From positions 36,279 to 100,278 of the forward strand of contig DBQS01000016.1 of assembly GCA_002305355.1 (NCBI GenBank): a DNA stretch of 64,000 nucleotides, given 5' to 3'. The position numbers and the translations under genes are program-made. The notes beneath the pieces are model-generated. The model was given only the letters and a program-made list of their open reading frames with translations. It was not told the origin of the DNA and did no database searches. Positions 26,740-36,118 of the stretch are shown one piece after another. This DNA is from Patescibacteria group bacterium UBA1388. Its GTDB lineage: Bacteria > Patescibacteriota > Microgenomatia > UBA1400 > PJMF01. Numbering within the stretch: the first letter of the stretch is position 1; each line of letters starts with the position of its first letter.

Positions 26740-28737
26740 ATGTTAAAACAAGGATTGCGAAAATGTTGGATGGTGATGGGGTTTATTTTACTGTCCTCAC
26801 TATCCTTCACATTCTTTACATTCTTTACAACGCAAAGTGTCGCTGCCAAATCATATCAGATCGATCGAGTTGAAATCACGGCACAAATCCGAGCTGATGG
26901 TAGTATGGCAGTTGAAGAAACGCGCACATACTCATTTGACGACAATTTTACTTTTGCCTATATTAAAAAAAATATTGTGCCGGATCAATCGAAATCTCCA
27001 GATAGAACCGAGCCATATCAGTTGAGCAATTTTGAAGTTTGCGATCAAAATACATGTTATCAACAATTAGCAGATGAGCAAATTGCGGCGGCCGATGTCG
27101 ATCGGCCGCCGCAAACCTTTTATGTACAAAACCAAGGCAACCAATACTACATAAAATGGTTTTATCGCTCCAGTCAAACCGAAGAATTTACACTTCGCTA
27201 CATAATCAGCAATGCCGTAACAATCCATCAAGATGTAGCTGAATTGTATTGGCAGTGGATTGGGGACGAGTGGGAAGTACCTCAATCCCATGTCACAGTT
27301 CAAGTTACTCTCCCTCCCAACATTCCCGGAGATGCGATTCAAGCGTGGGCACATGGACCACTAACTGGTATAGTCGCAATTCCTGACAATAATACCGTCA
27401 CCTTTGAAGCTCCGCGAGTAAAGGTGGGTGAGTTTTTTGAAGGCCGCATCATCCTTCCAAAAGATAATTTTACTGCCGGTGTTATTGGTGAGGGTTCCTC
27501 AGATAGCATTAAACAACAAGAAGCAGAATTTATTGCCCAAACTCAGCGAGATTTGGAAAAGAAAAATTTAATTGCAAGTGCGATTTCAATTTTTAGCCTA
27601 GTTGTCTTGGGTGGGATCATATTCAATTTTTATTGGGTAATTAAACGATTTTATCTACTTGGCAAAGATCTGCAGCTGCCGCAAGTTTCACTATCTGGTA
27701 AACTCTGGGAACCACCGAGCGAAATTGATTCTGCCCAGGTAGATCAACTGCTTTCTGGCAGCCAAAGCCTTACTCCCAAAGCATTTACGGCCACGATTTT
27801 ATCACTTATCCACAAACGAGTTTATAAAATGAGGCGGAGTGATCAAAAACAAGGTCTACTATTTAAAAAATTCAATTATTATCTAGAAAAACAAAGTCAT
27901 CAACAACAGAATTTATCGCAAATTGAAAAGGCAGTCTCTTCATTTTTGGAAAAGATAGGCACTAAATCAATCAAGTTTCAGGGACAGGCGGAAGAAGTGT
28001 TGCCACTTGAAGAAATCAGCAAATGGACGAGAACTCACCGTTCAACTGCTTATCATTTCTTTAAAAATTTGGAAAAAATTACTCACCAAAAAAACCTTAA
28101 GGAAGGTTACTTCGATCAAGCTGCAGATAAGTACAGTAAAAATTATTACACGGTGGTGTACTTCTTTTTACTAGGGGCAGCCCAATTTATGATGTTGATG
28201 AAAGTCAGCGATGTAATAGTAAACACCCCACTCTTATCAATCGGTTTGCTGGCAACTCCTATCGGCATAGTGCTTGCTATCATTGGCATCGTAGTCAATA
28301 TGATTTTCTTATCCCAAGGTCAAAAAAGAACAACTTTGGGTGCTAAAGAGGCAGCAAGTTGGAAAGCCTTTAAAAAACATATGGAAGATTACAAAAAAAC
28401 AGCCAACTACCCAATCGATTCAATTATTTTGTGGGAAAAATATTTAGTTTATGGTACTGTGCTGGGAGTTTCAAAAAAAGCACTCTCTCAACTACCAGTG
28501 TCATTTACTCCAGAAGATACACAGGTTGCCACAACTTATTGGGCTGGTAGCACAGATGGAGCTTCAAGCGATTTTTCTAGTTCGATTGCCGACATTTCAA
28601 GTGGGATTTCCGATGCTCTCAGCAGCATATCGTCTGCAGCTAGCTCATCCTATGGTGCCTCTGGCTCTGGCTCATCTGGTGGCGCTTCAGGCGGCGGTGG
28701 AGGCGGCGGTGGAGGCGGAGGCGGTGGAGCAGGCTAA
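26740..28737 (+). CDS. DUF2207-like membrane protein with a Ser/Gly-rich tail ending in a poly-Gly run
   Basis: A signal/anchor helix, a ~250 aa extracytoplasmic domain, a TM cluster and a cytoplasmic segment. The C-terminus is SSYGASGSGSSGGASGGGGGGGGGGGGGAG. The family assignment is from memory of this architecture. Confidence 0.6.
   Translation: MLKQGLRKCWMVMGFILLSSLSFTFFTFFTTQSVAAKSYQIDRVEITAQIRADGSMAVEETRTYSFDDNFTFAYIKKNIVPDQSKSPDRTEPYQLSNFEVCDQNTCYQQLADEQIAAADVDRPPQTFYVQNQGNQYYIKWFYRSSQTEEFTLRYIISNAVTIHQDVAELYWQWIGDEWEVPQSHVTVQVTLPPNIPGDAIQAWAHGPLTGIVAIPDNNTVTFEAPRVKVGEFFEGRIILPKDNFTAGVIGEGSSDSIKQQEAEFIAQTQRDLEKKNLIASAISIFSLVVLGGIIFNFYWVIKRFYLLGKDLQLPQVSLSGKLWEPPSEIDSAQVDQLLSGSQSLTPKAFTATILSLIHKRVYKMRRSDQKQGLLFKKFNYYLEKQSHQQQNLSQIEKAVSSFLEKIGTKSIKFQGQAEEVLPLEEISKWTRTHRSTAYHFFKNLEKITHQKNLKEGYFDQAADKYSKNYYTVVYFFLLGAAQFMMLMKVSDVIVNTPLLSIGLLATPIGIVLAIIGIVVNMIFLSQGQKRTTLGAKEAASWKAFKKHMEDYKKTANYPIDSIILWEKYLVYGTVLGVSKKALSQLPVSFTPEDTQVATTYWAGSTDGASSDFSSSIADISSGISDALSSISSAASSSYGASGSGSSGGASGGGGGGGGGGGGGAG
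27083..27114. repeat. Perfect GC-rich inverted repeat (14 bp arms, 4 nt spacer) inside the DUF2207-like CDS
   Basis: TTGCGGCGGCCGAT-gtcg-ATCGGCCGCCGCAA, read directly. It encodes IAAADVDRPPQ. Confidence 0.9.
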
Positions 28738-28881
28738 AGACTGAAGTGAATTTTCTCCCAATCTTAGGTTGCAAAAATATTTGATATTTATTTCAGTTCT
28801 ATTAGTACATTTATCTATTAGTAAATTTATATTCGCTCTCCAACTCATAACCACTGATTATTGGTTAAAAATAGTCGCGCA

Positions 28882-29598
28882 TCACTCCGACTCACACTTA
28901 AGAATAAAGTCATTATTATTTGGGGTATCTAAATTTGGCATAAGTTGACAAGTTTCAGCAACAACCTGACTTTCCAAAGTTGCTTGAGCTCCATGGGTAT
29001 TGACTGGCTCAGTTTGCTTAGGAATTAGCTGCAAATCCTTTGAAATAAAATCCGCATTAGCATGATTAAACTCTTGCTGAGTTGTTGGCTCCATCGGAAT
29101 TAAATTATCCCCTATCGTCTTTTTATCACTAGTAGAGTTATTAATCTGCAAATTTGAATCTGTAGTATCTGGGAGGCGCTTATTCATTTGGTTTAGAGAA
29201 GGGTTTGAAAAATGAATACGGAGGTCTTGATGAGATGACAATTGACTCCATAGTTCTCGGCTTACATCTCCCAAGTAGTATGCTCCAACTTCGTCATAAT
29301 GGGCGGGATCAAGTACATCAAAAACGCAGTAAGGGCCAAATTTTTGACCATTGCTATCTTCAAGCGTCACCCACTCTCCCACATAATCCATCTTTAACGC
29401 TACATGGGCATGTTGAGCACAATTTTCGTCGATCTGCCCCCATGCCAATCGCTGCTCAATCGTCGCTCTCCGGGGATGTTCATTATAAGGCGTAACATAA
29501 CCATCAAGCGGTTGTGACTCACGCAACTCCGCAGCCGACGCTGGTGTTCCGACAAGCCAAGTCAGTAATGCTACTGCCCAGATGCCACTCTTGATCAT
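28882..29598 (-). CDS. Hypothetical secreted protein
   Basis: The internal ATG at 29598 gives a Sec-type signal, MIKSGIWAVALLTWLVGTPASA|AE. No family recognised. Confidence 0.45.
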   Translation of the reverse strand: MIKSGIWAVALLTWLVGTPASAAELRESQPLDGYVTPYNEHPRRATIEQRLAWGQIDENCAQHAHVALKMDYVGEWVTLEDSNGQKFGPYCVFDVLDPAHYDEVGAYYLGDVSRELWSQLSSHQDLRIHFSNPSLNQMNKRLPDTTDSNLQINNSTSDKKTIGDNLIPMEPTTQQEFNHANADFISKDLQLIPKQTEPVNTHGAQATLESQVVAETCQLMPNLDTPNNNDFILKCESE

Positions 29599-29742
29599 AC
29601 GAATCGCTTTTTCTTGATCAAGTTTGTTCTGATGATTTTCTCTGCCCAGCAGCTCATTAAAAAACATAAAGACAAAGTATACCCAGATAGCAAAAAATGA
29701 CAACCCAAAGGATTATTGTTTCCGTTAAATTATTGCTGTTTT

Positions 29743-31383
29743 CTAATACTCAGAAAGCCGATAAAGACAATCGCTTTCATGACAAGCAACCAGTTGCAAC
29801 TCTGGAGTATTTTTCACAGCTAAGCGAATCAATTCTGGATCATGCGCTCTCACGTCAACATAACTCCATCGATCGTCAAACATTTGTTGATATTCTCCAT
29901 AATGAATCAAGACTAATTCCACTTGATTATTTTTTAATATTTCGACGCTGTGAGCGTTAGGAAAATCTTTGTATAGAGCCTGAATTTCTATGATACGCTG
30001 AGGAGGAACTAAGCCACTAACACCATTAAATAACTTTTTTCCATGCTTTACCTGATAAAGTAATCTTTCATCTGCAACATTGCTATATGGTGTCATATCC
30101 CAAAGATATATCGGCAGTTCAATCAGCACTGCTCCCTCTGCCTCCCTAACGTGGTGATATATATCTGGCACGTCAGTTTGAATCTGAAAAAATGGCATCT
30201 GCTGAGAACTGTAAATCAACATCATCATCGCTCCACCAAACAAACAACACCTCATCCATGCTGTTTTCATACATGAATTATTGACCAATGAACCCAATAT
30301 CAAAGCAGCCCCAAAGTTGAATAGTATACTCCACCTTGTGACCGCCCGAAAAGCATTCGCTCCAGGCAAAATGTAGTACACAATTGCATAAGGCAGTGGG
30401 ATCGGAAAACCTAATGGCTTCCAAGTTTCCTCTCCAATTTTAATGACTGGTCCTAACATAAAAATCAAGCCAAAGACCATCATCCAGATTAAGGATGAGT
30501 GGGAGATCACTAAGCGGTGACGATGATAAGATTCTGTTGCATAAAATGACAATATACCTAGCAAAAAAAATAGCAGTATCAAGTCAAATTTAAACAATCT
30601 TTCCAAACCGTAAGCCGAGTGAGCAGTATCCCTGATGGTTCTGACTAGATTGAGCTCATGTGCGGTAAAAACATATGGCAGATAAAAAATGACTGATACG
30701 AAAATTAGTAGTAGCAGGTGACTCACAAAAATCTTATTCTTCATACACTGCCGCCACCAGCCTTGTCCAATAATTAAAGTTGCAGCAATCGCCACAAGAA
30801 AATATGCCGTCATCGGATCATTCAATGCCTGATAGAGATATGACAAACAAAAACCAATTAAATATCGATATTTATTGTTATTAACATATTTCATCAAAAA
30901 ATATATTCCCAAAGGAATACCAGCTACCAAAAAACTTTGTAAATGAACAGCAAATTCTAGGCGCAGGTACGAAAATGCAAACAAAAAAGCAGTTGCATAT
31001 ACAGCAAGCTTTTTACCATAAAGTTCTCTTGCTAAAATAAACATTGCTAAAAAAGTAAACACAGATCCACTCAACAAATGAATATTAAGATTCAAAATTA
31101 ATTGATCTGACAGTGCCCCTAACGGAAGATCCAGAATTGCTGTCGAGAGGAATGGCACTGAGTAGGTGAGCGTGTTTGCGTATGGGTAAAAAAACGGTAG
31201 ATTATATAAATTTTCATTAGCAACTAAACTTTGACCAACTTGATAAATCAACCAAGCAATTAATGGTCCATCATTGGGGGAGGTGGTGACAGATGAAAAA
31301 TTACCTAGCAGAGGAAAGAAGATCGTTAAAGTGATCATGACGCCAAATAAAGAAGGATAAAATAAACTCTGCCAGAATTTCAT
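29743..31383 (-). CDS. Large polytopic membrane protein with a C-terminal soluble domain (GT-C-like, putative glycosyltransferase)
   Basis: About 12 predicted TM helices over 400 aa, then a ~130 aa hydrophilic tail. The architecture resembles ArnT/PMT/YfhO-type enzymes. No catalytic motif was confirmed. Confidence 0.4.
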   Translation of the reverse strand: MKFWQSLFYPSLFGVMITLTIFFPLLGNFSSVTTSPNDGPLIAWLIYQVGQSLVANENLYNLPFFYPYANTLTYSVPFLSTAILDLPLGALSDQLILNLNIHLLSGSVFTFLAMFILARELYGKKLAVYATAFLFAFSYLRLEFAVHLQSFLVAGIPLGIYFLMKYVNNNKYRYLIGFCLSYLYQALNDPMTAYFLVAIAATLIIGQGWWRQCMKNKIFVSHLLLLIFVSVIFYLPYVFTAHELNLVRTIRDTAHSAYGLERLFKFDLILLFFLLGILSFYATESYHRHRLVISHSSLIWMMVFGLIFMLGPVIKIGEETWKPLGFPIPLPYAIVYYILPGANAFRAVTRWSILFNFGAALILGSLVNNSCMKTAWMRCCLFGGAMMMLIYSSQQMPFFQIQTDVPDIYHHVREAEGAVLIELPIYLWDMTPYSNVADERLLYQVKHGKKLFNGVSGLVPPQRIIEIQALYKDFPNAHSVEILKNNQVELVLIHYGEYQQMFDDRWSYVDVRAHDPELIRLAVKNTPELQLVACHESDCLYRLSEY

Positions 31384-31486
31384 GTCTCCGATTGTAAACT
31401 ACCAATCAAAGCGTCTACCAGAATAGTTGCTTTTCAACCCCACTTCATTTACTATTAGCACATAATATATTGATATATTATTTTTT

Positions 31487-32533
31487 ATGACAAAATGGTT
31501 TAAAGAACACATCCCAACCTTGACAATACTAGGATTGCTCGTTGCAACCGCTCTCACCATGATTATTTTCGGAGATCCTCAACCTCTTGAAAAAGCAGTA
31601 ATTTCAGGATCAATTAACTTAAACGGAATTGATTCAAAAATTGCATTAAACAAAGGTAATCTCGTACTTATGCAAAGGCAGCATGGTCAATCGGATTTTG
31701 TAACAACCAATCTCATAATGCCTTTGGCCGATGAACAAACCTGGAGTTGGACTGAAGCTAAATCTGGCGTGACATATGACCTGCAATCCGACCTCTTTTT
31801 TAATGGGCAGCATGTTGCATCCAGCAATATTCTGACAGTTACCGCCCCGGCAACAGATCAAGTATTTACCTTTAACATTCAGTCGCTCAATTTAGCTGAA
31901 GATGTTATTCCTGAAACAAAGGCAATAATTACAGGCAAAGTTTTCATCGACGGCTTCATACCCGATGCAGCTACGATCTCAATTTTTGCGTCTGGTCAAA
32001 GTTTGCAGGATACTGAACAAGTTATCACCAATCTACCTGCCCAAGCGATCACTGATTTTGCATGGGAAGGTGCTTTGTCCGGTCAAGAATATCAATTGGA
32101 AGCACGGTTAATTGATGCAGATGGCACTCCAATTGGCACTTCACGGAAATATACTTTGGTTGCTCCAGCCAAATCAGAAATCTTACAACTGAGCTCTCAA
32201 GCCACTCCGCTACTGTTAGAAGAGACATCTCAAACAGCCTCAATTTCTGGCGAAGTACACATCTCAGGACCACTCACTGCCAACAGTAGCGTGCTACTGT
32301 TGCAACGAACCATCGGTGATTCCAATTTTACTGCCTTTGACAGATTAAATCCAACGGTTCAGCTTGATTGGACATTGCCAAATTTAACACCTGGACAAAA
32401 GTTGGAAATTACCGCGGTAATGCAAGTTAATGAACAAAATACAGCAACGGGAGAAATTATCACCCCAACAGCTCCCGCCTCAAACCAAATAATTAATCTC
32501 GACACAGGTCTGAACTTGTCTAATCCTCTTTAG
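31487..32533 (+). CDS. Hypothetical membrane-anchored extracytoplasmic protein with repeated beta-rich modules
   Basis: A single N-terminal TM (IPTLTILGLLVATALTMIIF), then Thr/Ser/Gln-rich segments that look internally repetitive. Confidence 0.4.
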   Translation: MTKWFKEHIPTLTILGLLVATALTMIIFGDPQPLEKAVISGSINLNGIDSKIALNKGNLVLMQRQHGQSDFVTTNLIMPLADEQTWSWTEAKSGVTYDLQSDLFFNGQHVASSNILTVTAPATDQVFTFNIQSLNLAEDVIPETKAIITGKVFIDGFIPDAATISIFASGQSLQDTEQVITNLPAQAITDFAWEGALSGQEYQLEARLIDADGTPIGTSRKYTLVAPAKSEILQLSSQATPLLLEETSQTASISGEVHISGPLTANSSVLLLQRTIGDSNFTAFDRLNPTVQLDWTLPNLTPGQKLEITAVMQVNEQNTATGEIITPTAPASNQIINLDTGLNLSNPL

Positions 32534-32805
32534 CAAGCAAAAGACATTTGTGAAAACATGATTCACCATGAGCGTCACTATTTGAAATAGAGATCTCTAA
32601 AAAGCAATCCACGCAATCAACACTGACCGCTCAACAATATCCTGCCTCATCAATGAACCTCCCAAGGGAAACAATCAGCAACTCAATATGAATAACAACC
32701 ACCACTAGTATCTGGCTGTTGACCTTTCACTAATCTAAATCGAAATCCCAATCTTAACCAATGTATGCCTGGCTTTAGGTCATAGCTGTAATATAGTGAG
32801 TTCTC

Positions 32806-33378
32806 TTAACTCAATTTCTTGAGCCGCTTGGGTCGGGGAAAGCTAAAAAGACGTAACAACCGAAAACCTAAGGCAGTTGTAAAAATTCCATGGGTGAGAA
32901 TTATTAATCCCATCATCCCAACAGAAAGTGTAAGTGACAATTGAAAGTGACTGAACAACAAGAATGATAGTAGTAGCAAGACCAGTGCGTGGAATTTTAA
33001 TATTAATTCACCTTCAAATTTTGCGTTACCTGTTTGAAGTGAGATGAAAAGGTTGCAAATTCCCACTGTTAAAATCCAACTCGCCATCACAAAAATTAAT
33101 CCGGCCAATGTAATTTGAGGAAAGAAAACAATTAAGCACCCAGCCATTAAGGCAATCATTCCCTGGCAGAAAAATGTCCACCAAGCATCATCTTTTTGTT
33201 CCTCCACAAGAACCAAAATTGTTAATATTGCCGCTTCCAGTAAAAAGTAAAAACCGAGAATAGTCATTAAAACTCTCATCGCTTTATCAGGGTTTGCCAT
33301 CAAAATCAAACCTGCGAATAGTGTCACCAAGCCTCTCGTCACGATTAGCCATTTTTGATGAACATAGTTGTCCCACAT
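32806..33378 (-). CDS. HdeD / DUF308 family membrane protein
   Basis: Six TM helices. The N-terminus WLIVTRGLVTLFAGLILMANP is typical of DUF308 repeats. Confidence 0.6.
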   Translation of the reverse strand: MWDNYVHQKWLIVTRGLVTLFAGLILMANPDKAMRVLMTILGFYFLLEAAILTILVLVEEQKDDAWWTFFCQGMIALMAGCLIVFFPQITLAGLIFVMASWILTVGICNLFISLQTGNAKFEGELILKFHALVLLLLSFLLFSHFQLSLTLSVGMMGLIILTHGIFTTALGFRLLRLFSFPRPKRLKKLS

Positions 33379-33453
33379 CGTATGAACTCCTCTCTAATTG
33401 TATCTCGCCTTATCACTTGACATGTTTTTCTCTTACCCCATCACTAAATACGA

Positions 33454-34053
33454 TCACACGTGCGGCATTGTTCGCACTCGCAAAGACATAATCACCATTC
33501 CAATACCACCTATCAAGGTTAAAATGGATACTGCAAACACCATCGTGACAAACTTGGCAGCAATGGGCATACCCAATAGCACAATTCCCAAAATTAAATA
33601 CAAAATGCCAGCTAAAAAGTAACTCCAAGACCAATCATAACCAAATTTTTCTGTAGATTGATTGCCAATAAATATCTTTAACACCCCATTTCCCAATAAA
33701 ACCAAAGCAATCAGCCAATTCATGACGGTTGGTGTGAGCATGCCCACAAAAATCGCGTTGTTCATGATTCCCAAACCAGTAATCATACTTAATACTCCAC
33801 CAAATAAACTCATCCCTTTCAACTCTAGAAATAGATTGGAAAAGATGATCACTAAATCAATCAAGCCTACTACCAACCAATAAAATCCTAAGACTGTCAC
33901 CAAGGCAGTCGGAGTTTCCACCGCCCCAAAGATAAGCATTATTCCAGTCAAAACAGTTATGATTCCTTGAATTAATAACAACCACCAACTATTTGAAAGT
34001 GTTTGTAATGCTGCTTGTTTGTTAGTTTTTTTTGACCGAACAGATCTTGGCAT
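33454..34053 (-). CDS. HdeD / DUF308 family membrane protein (paralog)
   Basis: WWLLLIQGIITVLTGIMLIFG ... LGFYWLVVGLIDLV. The start is set at ATG 34053, which is preceded by GGAAAGGA 7 nt upstream; the ORF track starts at 34089. Confidence 0.6.
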   Translation of the reverse strand: MPRSVRSKKTNKQAALQTLSNSWWLLLIQGIITVLTGIMLIFGAVETPTALVTVLGFYWLVVGLIDLVIIFSNLFLELKGMSLFGGVLSMITGLGIMNNAIFVGMLTPTVMNWLIALVLLGNGVLKIFIGNQSTEKFGYDWSWSYFLAGILYLILGIVLLGMPIAAKFVTMVFAVSILTLIGGIGMVIMSLRVRTMPHV

Positions 34054-34245
34054 ATGGAAATCCTTTCCGATTAGTTTTGTGAATATCATGAGTGGTGAGC
34101 GGTTTGATATTAATTGAAGTTAATTATAAACATTAATATCTATTTGTCATTATTATGATATCTTATCAACTGCCTGTCTAAAAACTTGCACAAACTCCAC
34201 ACAATGTCATTAGGAAAAAATAAAAATTTGAGAAAAAAAGAATTA

Positions 34246-35978
34246 TTATTTGCAAAAAATAGCTAACTTATTAGTATCCCTCAAAACCGTTTGCCACTCA
34301 TTCAGATCAATAACTTGAGCCACAACGTGCACCGTAGTCGGATCATAATATTTGATCGCCAACTGGGGTGGGATCTGATCACCAGGACCCGCAATATACA
34401 GCGTTTTTGTATCAGACAGCTGTTGAGTACAAATGATATCCCTTGGTTCTAAATCACCAAATTCATATTTATCAAGCTTGGTCGGATGCTGAAAACCTGC
34501 TTGATCAGGTTCTGGAAATACTACAACTTGTCGATACCATGCGGGATTAAGTTGCCCATACCAGGCAAGAGCAATATGAGCATCAGGAAAATGTTGATGG
34601 AAATAAATTCGTTGATAATTGTCGCTGATTTCCAAGACATCAATGACTGCTTGTTTTGGTAAGGGGTATGATCGCCAACTATACTGTACTGGATAAATTA
34701 CCCAATAACTAACTAAAAATCTGGCAGTTATAATAAGTGTTGCCACGAGAAAGAACGTGGCGACTGATTTATCATGTGTCTTTTTACTGACCCACTTCCA
34801 ACTAGCAAATAATCCCATCCCAATAATAATGGCTGCAAAAGGCATTAAAGCTGCGCCTCTAATCACTTGCGGAGGACCTGCTAAGCTGCTTGGAATTACC
34901 GCTAAAATCCACATAATCATAAACATTAGCCATGTCGGTTGGGCCCTTTTTCGCCATATAAAAACCATGCCTATCACGTAAAACGGGTAGAGAATCCATA
35001 TAAATTCACCCCACCCAGGCATTGAAGTATAAACCAAATCAGATCCTCCTCCATCAAAAAATAAAAATGTGGGTAAAATAAAATGGGCATGATGAGACAC
35101 TATTTTCTCTAGATATGTCAGTGGCTTATTAAATAGCAACTTACACAACAAGCTTAATCGAGGGTCAACAATGAAACAATTAGCTCTTTGTTCATTAACA
35201 GTCATGGTTACTCCCTGGTCTGAGAAGATTGAAACTTGATTAAATCTGGCGGTACCTGCAGGAGATAATACTTGCGTCAAAAGAGGAAGTACAAGTAAAC
35301 AAAAAATAAGAACAGCCAGCAAAAAGCTTTTTCTCGGTAATTTATACTTCCAAATAATTACCCCAACCACTAGTCCAAACAAGGGCACCAACATCCGGAA
35401 CGCTACATAACTGTAAACTGCTCCTGCCAACGACATTCCTAATACCCATACCCAAATTTTTTTAGCATTGGGGTTTTGAATAATTTTGACAGCCGCCAAA
35501 ACCCCAAACAGAAAAAATGCTGTTGCTAAATGAGATTCAATTGCTAATCGAGAAAGATGAATTGGCCATGGAGAAATGGCAACTACTATACTAGCTAATA
35601 AGCTTGCCAATCGTTTGTTAGTTAAAACATACGTCAGCTAATAACTAGCAATGATAATCAATATACCAGCCAAGAGGGAAGGTATTTTGAGTGCCAAATC
35701 ATTCACTCCAAACATAACAAAGCTGATTACTGTCAGATAGATATAAGCCGGCAACTTATAATCACCAAATGCTTTAAATAAACGAGCGGAAATTTTTCTC
35801 CCCATTCATCTTGGCCGGTATTCAAAATCGAAAATGCGTTGTACGCAATGCTCATTTCATCATGCACCAACACCAACTTATCAAGATTAACTATTCTGAA
35901 AAATAAACTAATAGACACAATCAACACTAAAGTTAAAACATGCCAGTTATTCATGATGTATTGATGAAACCGCCGCAT
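34246..35978 (-). pseudogene. GT39 (ArnT/PMT-like) glycosyltransferase gene broken by one frameshift and one in-frame TAG
   Basis: The N-terminal piece (35978..35733) carries the HDEMSIAYNAF...DEWGEKFPL loop. A shifted frame starting at 35778 continues FKAFGDYKLPAYIYLTVISFVMFG...IIIASY and stops at TAG 35640..35638. The same frame then continues into the 454 aa ORF (LTYVLTNKRLASLLASIVV...). Confidence 0.6.
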
Positions 35979-36118
35979 AATATTGCATTCCAAGTAAATT
36001 GAAAAGTATTTCGCTAAAAAAAGTTTACATCGCTTTTCAAAATTTATAATTCGAATAATTATGGTCAGGTGCGATGCTTTGACAGTTGCCACCCTCAAAT
36101 TCGTAGTCTTGATTGTTG

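Noticed and set aside
28680-28735. GGC/GGT/GGA codon run encoding poly-Gly, considered as a slippage-prone simple-sequence repeat (phase variation).
   Set aside because: The codons are mixed rather than a pure repeat unit. A Gly-rich tail is a normal feature of this protein family as I recall it.
35638-35640. In-frame TAG inside the GT39-like gene, considered as evidence for stop-codon reassignment (alternative genetic code).
   Set aside because: TAG, TGA and TAA each terminate well-conserved proteins at the expected length elsewhere in the window. Examples are TAG at the KGG gene, TGA at hsp20 and the 23340 kinase, and TAA at several others. The same gene also carries a frameshift. Pseudogenisation or an assembly error is the simpler explanation.
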